In this document: positions 18,364-27,759 of the stretch, in pieces | Layout of the letters: the number at the start of each line of letters is the position of its first letter | Numbering within the stretch: the first letter of the stretch is position 1 | Translations under genes and position numbers: made by a program | Virus record (IMG/VR): IMGVR_UViG_3300037608_000183 | Span: 1 to 36,902 of that record | Length of the DNA stretch: 36,902 nucleotides | Source of the DNA: a virus | Taxonomy: Duplodnaviria; Caudoviricetes | Reading direction: 5' to 3' (one strand) | Notes under the pieces: generated by a model | Told to the model about the DNA's origin: nothing | The model's input: the letters and a program-made list of their open reading frames with translations, nothing else | Database searches by the model: none

Positions 18364-18842
18364 CAATGAACTACATATTGTCGTCGATACAGCAGGCTGC
18401 GCAGGGAGCGGCAGCTGCGTCTCCGCCGTCGGCTTCCGCAGCGGTGCCGGACTACGGGTCCGACATCTCGTGCACAGACGACGCCGACGCCCTATTCACC
18501 GAGCGCGACGGCGACGACCCGCTGCTCGTGGCCGAGGCCGTGTGGCGCGCAATCACGTCACCGAGAGGCTCGATACCCGGCGCGCCGGACGTCGGCTGGG
18601 ATATCCAGTCGCTGCTGAGGAGCCCGTCGGGGCCGCTTGACGTCCGAGCCTGGCCGCGGCTCGTTCGGCAGGAAGTGATGCGAGACGACCGGGTGGAGAC
18701 CTGCTCTGTGCAATTCCGCCAGACTGCACAGGACGCCTGGCAGGTGACTGTGCAGGGCACGACTGTTTCTGCCGGCGAATTTTCATTGGTTGGGCAGCTG
18801 ACCCCGAACGCGGCATTGCTGCAGGAGATACTTGCGACATGA
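18360..18842 (+). CDS. Baseplate wedge protein (gp46/gp25-like)
   Basis: YGSDISC..AITSPRGSIP..DVGWDI..EVMRDDRVE pattern; precedes baseplate J. Confidence 0.7.
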   Translation: MTMNYILSSIQQAAQGAAAASPPSASAAVPDYGSDISCTDDADALFTERDGDDPLLVAEAVWRAITSPRGSIPGAPDVGWDIQSLLRSPSGPLDVRAWPRLVRQEVMRDDRVETCSVQFRQTAQDAWQVTVQGTTVSAGEFSLVGQLTPNAALLQEILAT

Positions 18843-20020
18843 GCGTATTGCTGGAAGACCTGCTGCAGCCGCTGACCGTCGCCGAAGCCAGAGCGAGCGT
18901 ATACGCAATCATGGCGCAGCTCGGCGCGCCGACGACCGCATGGAAGCCGAACGCCGTGGTGCGCGCGGTGCTTGAAGTCGTCGCGATATTGCTGGTTGGC
19001 CTGTCGTTCGTTGCGGTGGCCGTGACCAAGATGCAGTTCCGCGAGCACGCCGCGGGGGATTGGGAAACCATTCGCGCGCGGGGGTACTACGGACTGGAGC
19101 GGATGGAGGCGACGTACGCCACGGGACAGGTCACGCTCTCGAACACTGGCGGCGGCGTCTATCCGATGGACGCGGGCGACGTCATCATCCAGCACGACTC
19201 GACCCAGCGCACGTACACGAACGCTTCCGCATTCACACTGCTCGCGGGCTCCATCGGGTCTCCGACGCAGGTCACGATAGACGTGATTGCAACCGAGCCG
19301 GGCTCGGCGAGCAACGCGACGGCGAACAATGCGATGACGATCGTGACGACCATGCTCGGCGTGGCGGTGACTTCCAACACTGCGATTGTCGGCAGAGACC
19401 AGGAGACTGACGAGGAGCTGAAGGTGCGCGAGGACGCTTCCATCGACGCGCTGTCGCCCAATGGCCCAGCAGGCGCGTACCTGGCCGCGGCAAGATCGGC
19501 CGTGCGTGCGAACGGCACCAACGTCGGTGTTACTCGCGTGGCCGTGTCGGGCCCGTCGATGGTTGGGCAGCTGTCGGTGACTGCAGCCACTGCAGTCGGC
19601 CCAGTGCCGGGCTCCGTAGGCACCCCAGGCGACGACTTGGACTACGTGAACCGGGCGATCCAGGGCACAGATGGAGCGGGAGCGGTGCCGCTCGGCATTG
19701 CGGCGGTGGTCGCCTCCGCAGTGGCCAAGCCAATCTCCGTGACTGCAGACGTCTGGTACTATTCGACCGACGGGCGCACGGAAGCGGAGGTGAAGGCCGC
19801 GGCAGAGAAGCTCGTGTCGGACTGGCTCCCGACGAGGCCCATCGGCGGAGACACAGGCGGCAAAGTGTACCAGTCCGCGATTCGCGGAGCGGTCCTTGCG
19901 GTCTCGCGTTACGCATACAACGCCACGGTGGCCGCTCCGGCCGGAGACGTCGCCATCGGGCCGAGCGAGGTGCCGACGGCAGGCGCGATCCAAATCACCG
20001 CGCACATGGTGACCCAATGA
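18839..20020 (+). CDS. Baseplate J-like protein
   Basis: YGLER..ATYATGQVTL, ATEPGSASN, GRDQETDEELKVR, NGPAGAY. Confidence 0.9.
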   Translation: MSVLLEDLLQPLTVAEARASVYAIMAQLGAPTTAWKPNAVVRAVLEVVAILLVGLSFVAVAVTKMQFREHAAGDWETIRARGYYGLERMEATYATGQVTLSNTGGGVYPMDAGDVIIQHDSTQRTYTNASAFTLLAGSIGSPTQVTIDVIATEPGSASNATANNAMTIVTTMLGVAVTSNTAIVGRDQETDEELKVREDASIDALSPNGPAGAYLAAARSAVRANGTNVGVTRVAVSGPSMVGQLSVTAATAVGPVPGSVGTPGDDLDYVNRAIQGTDGAGAVPLGIAAVVASAVAKPISVTADVWYYSTDGRTEAEVKAAAEKLVSDWLPTRPIGGDTGGKVYQSAIRGAVLAVSRYAYNATVAAPAGDVAIGPSEVPTAGAIQITAHMVTQ

Positions 20021-20796
20021 AGCCGTTTCGGTCATGGCTGGAAAGCATAGCTGCAGCTCCGTGGCTCAGGCGCGTGTGGCTGCTGCGGCTGCTTTACACG
20101 ATAGCGCTGCACTTCGATGCGATAGTGGACTGGACCGTGCGCGGCGTCACCGCACGGTATCCCGAGCTGGCTCCGCCGGATGCCCTGCCTGCACTAGGCC
20201 GCGAGCGGGGCATCCGGCGTGGCTTTTCAGAAGCTGTGCATTCCTACCGGGCTCGCCTGATGGTGTGGCTGGTGTCGCGCAAATCGCGCGGCAACGCGTA
20301 CGCGCTGATGGACCAGCTCGCAGGATACATGTCGCCGAACGCGGGGCGCATCCGGGTCGTCAACGCCAACGGGCACTGGTTCACGCGCGAGCCGGACGGC
20401 ACCCGCGCGTGGTCGGCCAGAACTCCGTCTAACTGGATATGGGACCTGTACTACGCCGCATGGTCCCGATACTGGGTGATCATCTACCCGCCGACCGAGC
20501 TGTGGACCACCAGGCGATGGGGAGGCGGCCATCGCTGGGGCAGCGCCGCCGCATGGGGCAGCACGATTTTGCCTGAGCAGGCGAGAGCGCTGCGAGAGGT
20601 CGTGGCGGAGTGGAATCCGCCGCACGCGGCATGCTGGCGCATCGTGCTGGCGTTCGACAGCGAGGTGTTCGACCCGGCGCTGCCGGCTGGCGCGGGCAAC
20701 CCTAACGGCGATTACTACTACTGGCACAAGGACTCGGCTGCAGTGGCAGTCCGCGCCCGAGATGCGCGCGGCAGGTACTGCGCAGGGAGCTTCTGA
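20017..20796 (+). CDS. Baseplate wedge/tail protein (P2 gpI-like N-terminus)
   Basis: APPDALPALGRERGI.RG..E...SYRARL motif; follows baseplate J. Confidence 0.7.
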   Translation: MKPFRSWLESIAAAPWLRRVWLLRLLYTIALHFDAIVDWTVRGVTARYPELAPPDALPALGRERGIRRGFSEAVHSYRARLMVWLVSRKSRGNAYALMDQLAGYMSPNAGRIRVVNANGHWFTREPDGTRAWSARTPSNWIWDLYYAAWSRYWVIIYPPTELWTTRRWGGGHRWGSAAAWGSTILPEQARALREVVAEWNPPHAACWRIVLAFDSEVFDPALPAGAGNPNGDYYYWHKDSAAVAVRARDARGRYCAGSF

Positions 20797-21380
20797 TGAG
20801 CAAGACCTACAATCCATCCGCGATGCAGCACACGGCGTACACGCTGCCAGAGGACAACGACCTGCAGGACGCGGCATCGGTCAACGTGCCTTTGGAAGCG
20901 CTCGCGGACGACGTCCGGTGGTGTTTCGACCACGTGATTGGCGGCGACATGCGCACGATCGTACACTCGTTCCGCGGCGCCACGACGGGCTCGATCGGGT
21001 CGTCGGCGACGAATTTCGAGGACGTGCCGTCAACAGGGTCCGAGGATGCGATAGGGCTCGGATTCGAGGTGGCGCTCGACACGCAGTTCACGATCCAGGC
21101 GTCGTTCCAGGCATCGGGCAGCACGTACGGCGGCCAATACCAGCTCGCCTACTCTCTCGACGGCGCGACGATGCAGGCGATAGTTGGCGCTGCAGCCACG
21201 GTCAATCCGTTCCAGCCAGGCGAGGTGCGCCCAGTGACGCTGTGCGGGTCGTTCGTGACGCTGGACGATGCGGACGACATTCGATTTTACCTGCAAGTCA
21301 GGTCTCTGACGGGCGGCTCCACTGCATCGGCGCACGCGCCGTGGAACTTCACCGCAACCGGATTTAAGGCAAACGAATGA
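20796..21380 (+). CDS. Putative short tail fibre/baseplate-attached protein
   Basis: N-terminal LPEDNDLQDAASVNVPLEALADD anchor-like segment plus beta-rich C-terminus. Confidence 0.5.
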   Translation: MSKTYNPSAMQHTAYTLPEDNDLQDAASVNVPLEALADDVRWCFDHVIGGDMRTIVHSFRGATTGSIGSSATNFEDVPSTGSEDAIGLGFEVALDTQFTIQASFQASGSTYGGQYQLAYSLDGATMQAIVGAAATVNPFQPGEVRPVTLCGSFVTLDDADDIRFYLQVRSLTGGSTASAHAPWNFTATGFKANE

Positions 21381-21874
21381 GCACTCTGAACAAGCTGCTG
21401 GGACCCGCGCTGTCGTACCTCGACAGCATCCTGCCGAAGAGAGGCCGCATAGACTATGGGGCCGGACTGCAGGTGCAGGACGGCGGAGCGCAGGACGACG
21501 TGGTGCGAATCTCCAGCACAGGCACTGTGCTGGTCGGCTCGCCGGTGGCAACCAATCCATCCGCGCTCGGCGGATGGATCCTGGCATACAGCTCGGCTCT
21601 GTCTGCATGGGTGCCGGTGCGCGGCCTGGTGGTTGTGTCGAGCGGGCACGTCCAAGTCAGTGGCGCCACTCCTGTGGTCGTCTATTGCGCTGGGATCCTG
21701 CCGACAGACACATTCTCGTGGTCGATGAACACACCTGGCGGGTCTCCCCAGGCCGCGCCGCGGCACATGTCCACCGATGTACCAGGCAACTCGTTCACCG
21801 TCTCGTCCACGGCCACCGATTCGTCAATATACAACTACATTGTGCTGCGCGCGGGCGACATCCCGCCCGCATGA
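21377..21874 (+). CDS. Hypothetical tail-associated protein
   Basis: ATGA-coupled 165-aa ORF; Ser/Thr-rich C-terminus (SFTVSSTATDSSIYNYIV). Confidence 0.55.
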   Translation: MSTLNKLLGPALSYLDSILPKRGRIDYGAGLQVQDGGAQDDVVRISSTGTVLVGSPVATNPSALGGWILAYSSALSAWVPVRGLVVVSSGHVQVSGATPVVVYCAGILPTDTFSWSMNTPGGSPQAAPRHMSTDVPGNSFTVSSTATDSSIYNYIVLRAGDIPPA

Positions 21875-22677
21875 GGAATGCTGCCATGACTAATTTGAAC
21901 GACTTCGAGGGCAAGACCGGCGAGCTGCGCGAGCAGCTGCCGTCAATCGGCGCGGTGCTGCTCCGGCGGGACGACGACACCGTCGACATGCTGCGCTCCG
22001 CAGGACAAGGGCGCGCCAGCGTGTATGCTCTTGCGCCTGCGATGCAGTCCGCCGGCCATAGCCGCGCGCTCGCGCTGCCGACCGCCGGAGCCTGGACCAG
22101 GTCTGCGGCGCTGTCGGAGGGGCCGTGCGACGCCGTCGAGGCAGAGCAGGACGGCGTGTATGTGTTCGGCCAGGGCAGAGACAGCGCTCCGCTGGTCAGC
22201 CAGAATCCGGCGCACTGGACGCTCGGCTCGGGCTGGTCGGTCGATGGCGACGTGGTCATGCACTCTGCGGGCACAGCCGACCTCGAATTTCCTGTGGCGG
22301 CGCAGAATCCGATCCAGCTGCAGATTCCGTACGCCGTGGTCTACACCGTGACCCGGCGCGCAGCGGGCGACGTGACAGAGAAGCTCGGCACAGCCGGGTC
22401 GAGTGCTCGCACGGCAGACGGCCAGTACGTGCAAGTGCTCGTCCCGACGATCAGCGGCAAGCTGATTTTCACGCCGAGCAACGATTTCGTGGGGGGCATC
22501 ATGCTCTCGCGCACCTGGGTGCTGCCTGCGCATTTCTTGCCGAGCGCTGGGCAAGAGAAGGCGCTCGCGCTGTCTCACATCGCGGCGGCCACTCTGCGCA
22601 GCGCGCCGAGCACGATGATTGCCTCGCCGTCTCCCGCGATGCTCATTCGGGCGCACTGGTATAGGGTGGTGCCGTGA
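21871..22677 (+). CDS. Hypothetical tail-associated protein with carbohydrate-binding-like domain
   Basis: ATG 21871 (or 21886) coupled to the upstream stop; WTLGSGWSVDG..YAVVYTV..LIFTPSNDFVG jelly-roll-like pattern. Confidence 0.55.
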   Translation: MRNAAMTNLNDFEGKTGELREQLPSIGAVLLRRDDDTVDMLRSAGQGRASVYALAPAMQSAGHSRALALPTAGAWTRSAALSEGPCDAVEAEQDGVYVFGQGRDSAPLVSQNPAHWTLGSGWSVDGDVVMHSAGTADLEFPVAAQNPIQLQIPYAVVYTVTRRAAGDVTEKLGTAGSSARTADGQYVQVLVPTISGKLIFTPSNDFVGGIMLSRTWVLPAHFLPSAGQEKALALSHIAAATLRSAPSTMIASPSPAMLIRAHWYRVVP

Positions 22678-23783
22678 ATATGGGAATGGCCATAGCGCTG
22701 GGCGGCGGCGGCGGCTCGGCGTTCGCCCCAACGGGTGTTCCTGGGCTCGCTTTCTGGTGGGAGGGCGACACAGAAGCATACCCGGCTGCCGTCACCATCT
22801 CAGCCAGCCAGCCGAACCTGGTGGACGGCAACATGGAGGCGGCTGGCGTCTTGGCCTGGACCTCGTACGTCACCACGACTCCGGTCAAAGACACGTCCAT
22901 CAAGCACAGCGGCACCCAGTCGATTCGACAGGACTGGGTGTCGGGCAATGGGGGGATCTACCAGAACGTTCTTACGACAGGCCTGTGGTACCGCGTGCGG
23001 GGCTGGTGCAGGGGCGATGGCAACGCCTATATGGACATTTACATGGGCGCGCAGAAGTGGATCGGCACGGCATCCACCGACTGGCAATACTTCGATGTAG
23101 TCGCGCAAGCAGGGGACGCGAACCTGCAATTCCGCAGTCTGAACATGGCGGCAGGCCGGTCGGTGTGGGTGGATGACGTGACGGTCGAGTGCGTGTCGGC
23201 TCCATCGGCCGCAGACCTGACGGGGCAAGGGCGCACGCTGCTGCAAGCCACGCCAGCCAACCAGCCCGGATGGGTCGCGCAAGGTACGGGCGGCGTGCTG
23301 CGGTTCGACGGCGTTAGCGATTTTCTGAAGACCGCTGCATTCGCGCTGAACCAACCTACCCACGGCATTATTGCGGCCAAGTGGACTTCAACCGGCACCT
23401 ACGCCCGGCTGGTAGACGGCAACGACGCCAATCAGGGGAGCCTCCTGACCACGGCCGCAGGAGGGCCGAACGTGACCCTGACGGCAGGCGGCGCAGGGGT
23501 TGTCAAATCGCTGGTGGACGGCTCGTGGCACACCATCGACTACGTGCTCAACGGTGCATCGTCCAAGCTGGCTCAAGACGGAGGGGCGTTCACTGTGGGC
23601 GATGCTGGCGTGCTCAACCCTGGCGGTCTCACGCTCGGCACAGGCGGGCACGGATTCAACCCGGCCCGTGCTGACGTGTACGCGGTGCTCCAGTACAGCG
23701 GGGAGCTGTCCGCATCCGACCGAGCAAAGGTGATCGCATACTTGAAGACAAAGGCTGCAAAGGCTGCGGTGGTGCTGCCATGA
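22674..23783 (+). CDS. Putative receptor-binding protein: CBM4/9-like domain nested in a LamG/ConA-like domain
   Basis: NLVDGNME..W..KHSGTQS..YRVRGW..WVDDVTV (CBM-like) within P..LAFWW....DLTGQGRTLLQAT..P..LRFDGVSDFL..YSGELS..VIAYLK (LamG-like). Confidence 0.65.
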   Translation: MNMGMAIALGGGGGSAFAPTGVPGLAFWWEGDTEAYPAAVTISASQPNLVDGNMEAAGVLAWTSYVTTTPVKDTSIKHSGTQSIRQDWVSGNGGIYQNVLTTGLWYRVRGWCRGDGNAYMDIYMGAQKWIGTASTDWQYFDVVAQAGDANLQFRSLNMAAGRSVWVDDVTVECVSAPSAADLTGQGRTLLQATPANQPGWVAQGTGGVLRFDGVSDFLKTAAFALNQPTHGIIAAKWTSTGTYARLVDGNDANQGSLLTTAAGGPNVTLTAGGAGVVKSLVDGSWHTIDYVLNGASSKLAQDGGAFTVGDAGVLNPGGLTLGTGGHGFNPARADVYAVLQYSGELSASDRAKVIAYLKTKAAKAAVVLP

Positions 23784-24280
23784 CAACAGGCAACGGCAAA
23801 GCGGTAGATGAGGTCGGACACTTCTGCAGGCGCGGCGAGCGCATCCGCGACCTGGAAGACCAGCACAGCAATATCAGCGAAGAGCTAATCAAATTGTCGA
23901 ACCGCATCGGCGCCATACTGCCCGATGGCGCCGCCTCGCCGCATTCGCTGACCTCTCTGGTGATGGACCTTGGCGCACGCATGGTCAGCCTGAACCACAG
24001 GCTCAATTCCATCGCGCCAAAGATTGAAGAGATCGAAGAGGAGCGCGAGACCACACAGATCCAGACTCGCGCCGAGCTGGTCAACCGGGCGCACCGCGTT
24101 GAGCGCGAGTTGGAAGAAGTCAAAAAGCAGCAGCAGATCGATGTTGCAATCCGGTCCAAGGCCGAGACAGCCAAGACCCGCAAGATGGTCTACTCGATTG
24201 CAATCGGTCTGGCACTTGTCGCCTCCGGCGCAGGCGGCAGCGAGATCGTCAAGCTCGTGATGGGATTTTTGGTGAGGTGA
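23780..24280 (+). CDS. Coiled-coil protein with C-terminal membrane anchor (lysis-region protein)
   Basis: Heptad-rich charged body; hydrophobic MVYSIAIGLALVASG near the C-terminus. Confidence 0.6.
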   Translation: MTTGNGKAVDEVGHFCRRGERIRDLEDQHSNISEELIKLSNRIGAILPDGAASPHSLTSLVMDLGARMVSLNHRLNSIAPKIEEIEEERETTQIQTRAELVNRAHRVERELEEVKKQQQIDVAIRSKAETAKTRKMVYSIAIGLALVASGAGGSEIVKLVMGFLVR

Positions 24281-24564
24281 TGGACCTGTCGTCGATAGGC
24301 GTGCAGATAGTCGCATTGGCAGCAGCCACAGTGGCCGCTGTGCAGGGGCTGCGGTCTGCAATCCCTGCATTTCACGGCTGGCGCACGGTGCTGCTTGTGC
24401 TGCTGGTGGCAGCCGTGCTTTGCGTCGCATTGTCGTGCTACGAGCACGGCATGGACGCGTGGTGGCGCGGCATGCTCCAGTCCGTGGTGGTCTGGATTGT
24501 CGCGCTCGGAGGCGACAGCTGGGCGAAGCGGATTGCATCCAAAGCCGCGGGCGATGCGCCATGA
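24277..24564 (+). CDS. Putative holin (three hydrophobic segments)
   Basis: 95 aa, three TM-like stretches, basic C-terminus, tandem start codons. Confidence 0.5.
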   Translation: MMDLSSIGVQIVALAAATVAAVQGLRSAIPAFHGWRTVLLVLLVAAVLCVALSCYEHGMDAWWRGMLQSVVVWIVALGGDSWAKRIASKAAGDAP

Positions 24565-24755
24565 CTGATGCGCAATTCAGAGAGCTGGTCGAGGCGCATG
24601 CAGGCGACGGCATCACTACGCGCAGATGCGGCGACGGCATCGCGCTGTACGTGCACGACCCGGCGAGTCCGAGAGAGCCGCGGCTGTACGAAGGCCGCAC
24701 ATTGGAAGAGTGCATGGAATTGATGTTGCGCAACGAGCGCAACAGGAGGAAGTGA
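24561..24755 (+). CDS. Small hypothetical protein
   Basis: ATGA coupling at 24561; MTDAQFRELVEAHAG..; stop overlaps the next ATG. Confidence 0.5.
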   Translation: MTDAQFRELVEAHAGDGITTRRCGDGIALYVHDPASPREPRLYEGRTLEECMELMLRNERNRRK

Positions 24756-25180
24756 TGGCATCTCAGATTCAGACAATCACCAAAATGTATGCGGCCACAG
24801 GCGCGCTGAATTGGGTATCGGACGACATTCGCGTGGCGCTGAGCACATCGCCTGCGCTGCCGTCTGTGAATGGCACCGTGTATTTGTCCACCATGCCGGC
24901 AGAGTGCAGCGGAGGCAACTACGTGCGCAAGCAGCTCGCGAACAAATCGGTGGTGGAAGACACGTCCGCGGAGTGCGCCAAGCTCATGGCGGACAACGTC
25001 ACATGGACTGCGCTCAACGCAGGCACCATTGCGACGGTGTGGATCTACGTTCACAACGCGCTGGACTCGGCTGCTGTGGTGCTGGCTGTGCTCGACCCGG
25101 GCGACCTGGTGACCAACGGCGGCGACGTGGTGGCCAAGTGGGACAATCAGTCGAGCGCTGGGAAGCTGATGACGATCTGA
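24755..25180 (+). CDS. Hypothetical virion protein (fibre-associated type)
   Basis: AGGAGG RBS; LNWVSDDIRVAL..ECSGGNYVRKQL..ADNVTW..TNGGDV pattern typical of small phage structural proteins. Confidence 0.65.
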   Translation: MASQIQTITKMYAATGALNWVSDDIRVALSTSPALPSVNGTVYLSTMPAECSGGNYVRKQLANKSVVEDTSAECAKLMADNVTWTALNAGTIATVWIYVHNALDSAAVVLAVLDPGDLVTNGGDVVAKWDNQSSAGKLMTI

Positions 25181-25188
25181 GGTGATGG

Positions 25189-27009
25189 GTGGCCGCCAAG
25201 AGGCTCTATCTCGTCGACGCGGCGGCTGCAGGCTCCAACCACGGGAGCCTGCAGGACGGCGGCGCCGCGCCTGCCGGTGCTAGGACCGTCACCGGCATCA
25301 TCAACGGTCAGACGACGGCCACCAAGTACCAGATCCAGGACTACGGGGTGGAGCGCGCCAACACTTGGGCGGCCACTTCGTACATCGATGCCGGCACGGC
25401 CATAAACAATACGGTGGGTGATTGCTGGCGCTCTGAAGACCCCATCACCGGGTCGTTTGCGAACGCCGCGTGGGCGGTCAGCCTGCAGGCGCGTGGCGAG
25501 TCGCGCGCGACCAGCACGACCGGCGGCTCCTTCAAGTTCCGGCTGTGGAAAGGCGCGGACGCGACCGGCTCGGGTGCAACTTCCATAGCAGTCGGGCAGA
25601 CGACCTCGTTCTCTGCGCTCGCGAACAGCGCTGCGCAGACCGTGACGGCGAGCGTGTCTCCGGGCGCGCTGTCTCTATCTGGCGAGTATCTGTTCCTGCA
25701 GATCGAATTTGTGCTGTCGACCGCCGGCAACAACAATGCAGCCGACATCCATCTGTGCGTCGGCAGCAGCTGCACGGTCACCACCAGCGACTTCACCGCG
25801 CCCAGCCAGACCATGGCCGTGGACCCAGCGGCCGCCTCGCCAGCCGCAATGGCGCCTGTTCTGGTGTCGGAGCAGTCGGCGCAAGACTTGGTCGCACCCG
25901 CTGCAGCCGCTGCTCCCGCGGCAGCGGACCCTGCGCTGCAGCCCGGCGGAGCCGCTCTGGCGCCGGCTCCCGCGCAAGCGCTGCCCAGCCCTGCGAACCC
26001 TGCGCTGCAGCCCGGCGGAGCCGCACTGGTCGCGCCTGCTGCAGCGGCTGCTCCTGCAGCAGCGGACCCTGCGATGGAGTCGTCGTCTCCGCAGCAGCAG
26101 ATGGTGCTGGACTCGCCTGCAGCGGTAGTCGAGGCTGCAGCGCTGGCGATGTCGCCCGGGCCGGCATGGTTGGCCGCGGCGGCCGCGGCGGCCGCTCCTG
26201 CAGCGGTGGCCGCAGTGCTGGTCGCAGGAGCAGCAGCGATGGCGCTTGGCGCGGCGGCAGCCTCTCCTGCGGCGGCGGACCCGGCGATGGAATCCGCTGC
26301 AGCTGCGCTTGTTGCGCCCGCTGCAGCCGCCTCGCCCGCAGCAGCGGACCCCACTCTGCGACCCGGCGAAGCCGCTCTTGAGCCCGCTCCCGCGCAAGCG
26401 CAGCCCGAGGCGATGGAGCCCGCGCTGGAGCCCGGCGGAGCCGCACTGGTCGCGCCTGCCGCCAGTGTGCTGCCGCGGGCGGTAGCGCCGCGCATGGTGT
26501 CCGGAGAGCTGCCCGCGCAAGCGCTGCCGATGTCTGTCGTCTCCGCGCAGCCTGCAGCAGCGGACCCTGCGCTGCAGCCCGGCGCCGCTGCCCTGGCGAT
26601 GCCTGTCGTCTCCGTGCTGCTGCGCTCGTACCTGTCGTTGGCCGCAGGGCCGGCATCGATCGGCATGCCCGCGCCGGGTTGCAATCCGCTGCCCGCTGCG
26701 CTGGAGCTGGCCCATGGTGGCGAGCAGGAGCTGCAGCTGATGCCGGTGCTGCCGGGCGCATGCGACCCGGAGCCTTCCGCGCTGGCGTGGGGCGTATTTG
26801 GCGATGCGCACATCGCGCTGTCTGCTACTCCAGCTGTGCGCGTGCGCATCTCAAGCGAGGACGCGTCAAGCGCTGCGCTCGCGCTGTCTGCGGCGCCAGC
26901 TGTGCGCGTGCGCATCTCCAGCGATGACGCGTCCAGCGCTGCGCTCGCGCTGTCTGCGGCGCCAGCTGTGCGCATCTCGATCTCCATAACATGCGAGGCG
27001 ACATCATGA
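25189..27009 (+). CDS. Beta-sandwich N-terminal domain + long Ala/Pro-rich repetitive stalk (fibre-like)
   Basis: ~205-aa Thr/Ser-rich globular domain, then repeated AAAAPAAADPALQPGGAAL units and C-terminal 22-aa repeats. Confidence 0.65.
   Translation: MAAKRLYLVDAAAAGSNHGSLQDGGAAPAGARTVTGIINGQTTATKYQIQDYGVERANTWAATSYIDAGTAINNTVGDCWRSEDPITGSFANAAWAVSLQARGESRATSTTGGSFKFRLWKGADATGSGATSIAVGQTTSFSALANSAAQTVTASVSPGALSLSGEYLFLQIEFVLSTAGNNNAADIHLCVGSSCTVTTSDFTAPSQTMAVDPAAASPAAMAPVLVSEQSAQDLVAPAAAAAPAAADPALQPGGAALAPAPAQALPSPANPALQPGGAALVAPAAAAAPAAADPAMESSSPQQQMVLDSPAAVVEAAALAMSPGPAWLAAAAAAAAPAAVAAVLVAGAAAMALGAAAASPAAADPAMESAAAALVAPAAAASPAAADPTLRPGEAALEPAPAQAQPEAMEPALEPGGAALVAPAASVLPRAVAPRMVSGELPAQALPMSVVSAQPAAADPALQPGAAALAMPVVSVLLRSYLSLAAGPASIGMPAPGCNPLPAALELAHGGEQELQLMPVLPGACDPEPSALAWGVFGDAHIALSATPAVRVRISSEDASSAALALSAAPAVRVRISSDDASSAALALSAAPAVRISISITCEATS
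26813..26976 (+). repeat. 66-bp tandem repeat, ~2.5 copies (ALSAAPAVRVRISSDDASSAAL)
   Basis: Units begin at 26813, 26879 and 26945. Confidence 0.85.
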
Positions 27010-27290
27010 GGCTCGGCGACACAGCGCAAATCCGAATCACAGTGCAGTCCATTTCCGGACAGATGGCGGACCCGGACGAGATGACGCTCGTGGTGCGAGA
27101 CGGCGGCGGCATGGACACGTCGCACGCGCTCGCAGACATGGTCCGCGTCTCGACCGGCGTATACACGCTGCAGCTGCAGCTGGATCCGGACCGCGCACCT
27201 GGCACATGGCAGGCGTACGCGCGCTGTGAGGATGCCGGCCTTCGCGGCTCCGAGCTACACAGATTTGTGGTCGACGACATCTGGTCATAG
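27006..27290 (+). CDS. Small Ig-like/BppU-like hypothetical virion protein
   Basis: GDTAQIRITV..ADPDEMTLVV..RVSTGVYTL..GTW pattern; ATGA coupling. Confidence 0.55.
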   Translation: MRLGDTAQIRITVQSISGQMADPDEMTLVVRDGGGMDTSHALADMVRVSTGVYTLQLQLDPDRAPGTWQAYARCEDAGLRGSELHRFVVDDIWS

Positions 27291-27317
27291 CGGCTCTGTC
27301 GCCGTACCATCGGGGTC

Positions 27318-27479
27318 ATGATCCAGCGACCCGATGATCCCACCAGCCCCGAGACCCCCATCGCCAAGCAGCCCGACAAGCAACGCGAGCCCGTCATCAT
27401 CCGCGGCGTGCCGGTCAAGATCGAGCAGGACGAGCCCGAGACCGAGACCGAGCAGGAGCCCGAAGAGCCCCCATCCTGA
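27318..27479 (+). CDS. 53-aa acidic Pro/Glu-rich peptide (not in ORF track)
   Basis: MIQRPDDPTSPETPIAKQPDKQREPVIIRGVPVKIEQDEPETETEQEPEEPPS; GC-rich third positions. Confidence 0.45.
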   Translation: MIQRPDDPTSPETPIAKQPDKQREPVIIRGVPVKIEQDEPETETEQEPEEPPS

Positions 27480-27543
27480 CACGTCTTCGCGAGCGCTGGG
27501 GCAGCCCGACATAGCGGCCCCGAAAAAAATCGCGAAAGGGCTC

Positions 27544-27571
27544 TTGACGGACGCCAAGCCGTCAACATAGT
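27544..27571 (+). promoter_or_regulatory. sigma70-like promoter overlapped by palindromic operator
   Basis: TTGACG-N16-CATAGT; TTGACGG-N8-CCGTCAA inverted repeat (27544-27565); A-tract upstream. Confidence 0.55.
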
Positions 27572-27759
27572 CCTCCAGTAGACTGCAGCTCGCCGGCTAG
27601 CGTCGGCGCCACTGGTCCCCGACAGCTCCCTGTGCACAGGGCTAGGCTAGGGGGAGGCGATGCGGTCTCCTGACGCGGATGCATGCCGCGGGGAGACTCC
27701 GCCTAGGCCGCCAGATGGTCTGCGTCCCCAGGCGGTCTCCTGACACGAGGAGACTTACA
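27572..27759 (+). ncRNA. Highly structured leader / candidate regulatory RNA
   Basis: Serial hairpins, a 13-nt direct repeat GCGGTCTCCTGAC (27662, 27732), and a last hairpin covering the GAGGAG RBS. Confidence 0.4.

Noticed and set aside
20796-27009. Diversity-generating retroelement or invertible tail-fibre cassette
   Set aside because: No reverse transcriptase, no adenine-specific TR/VR pair seen, no inverted fibre genes; the recombinase is the large integrase type, not a Gin-like invertase
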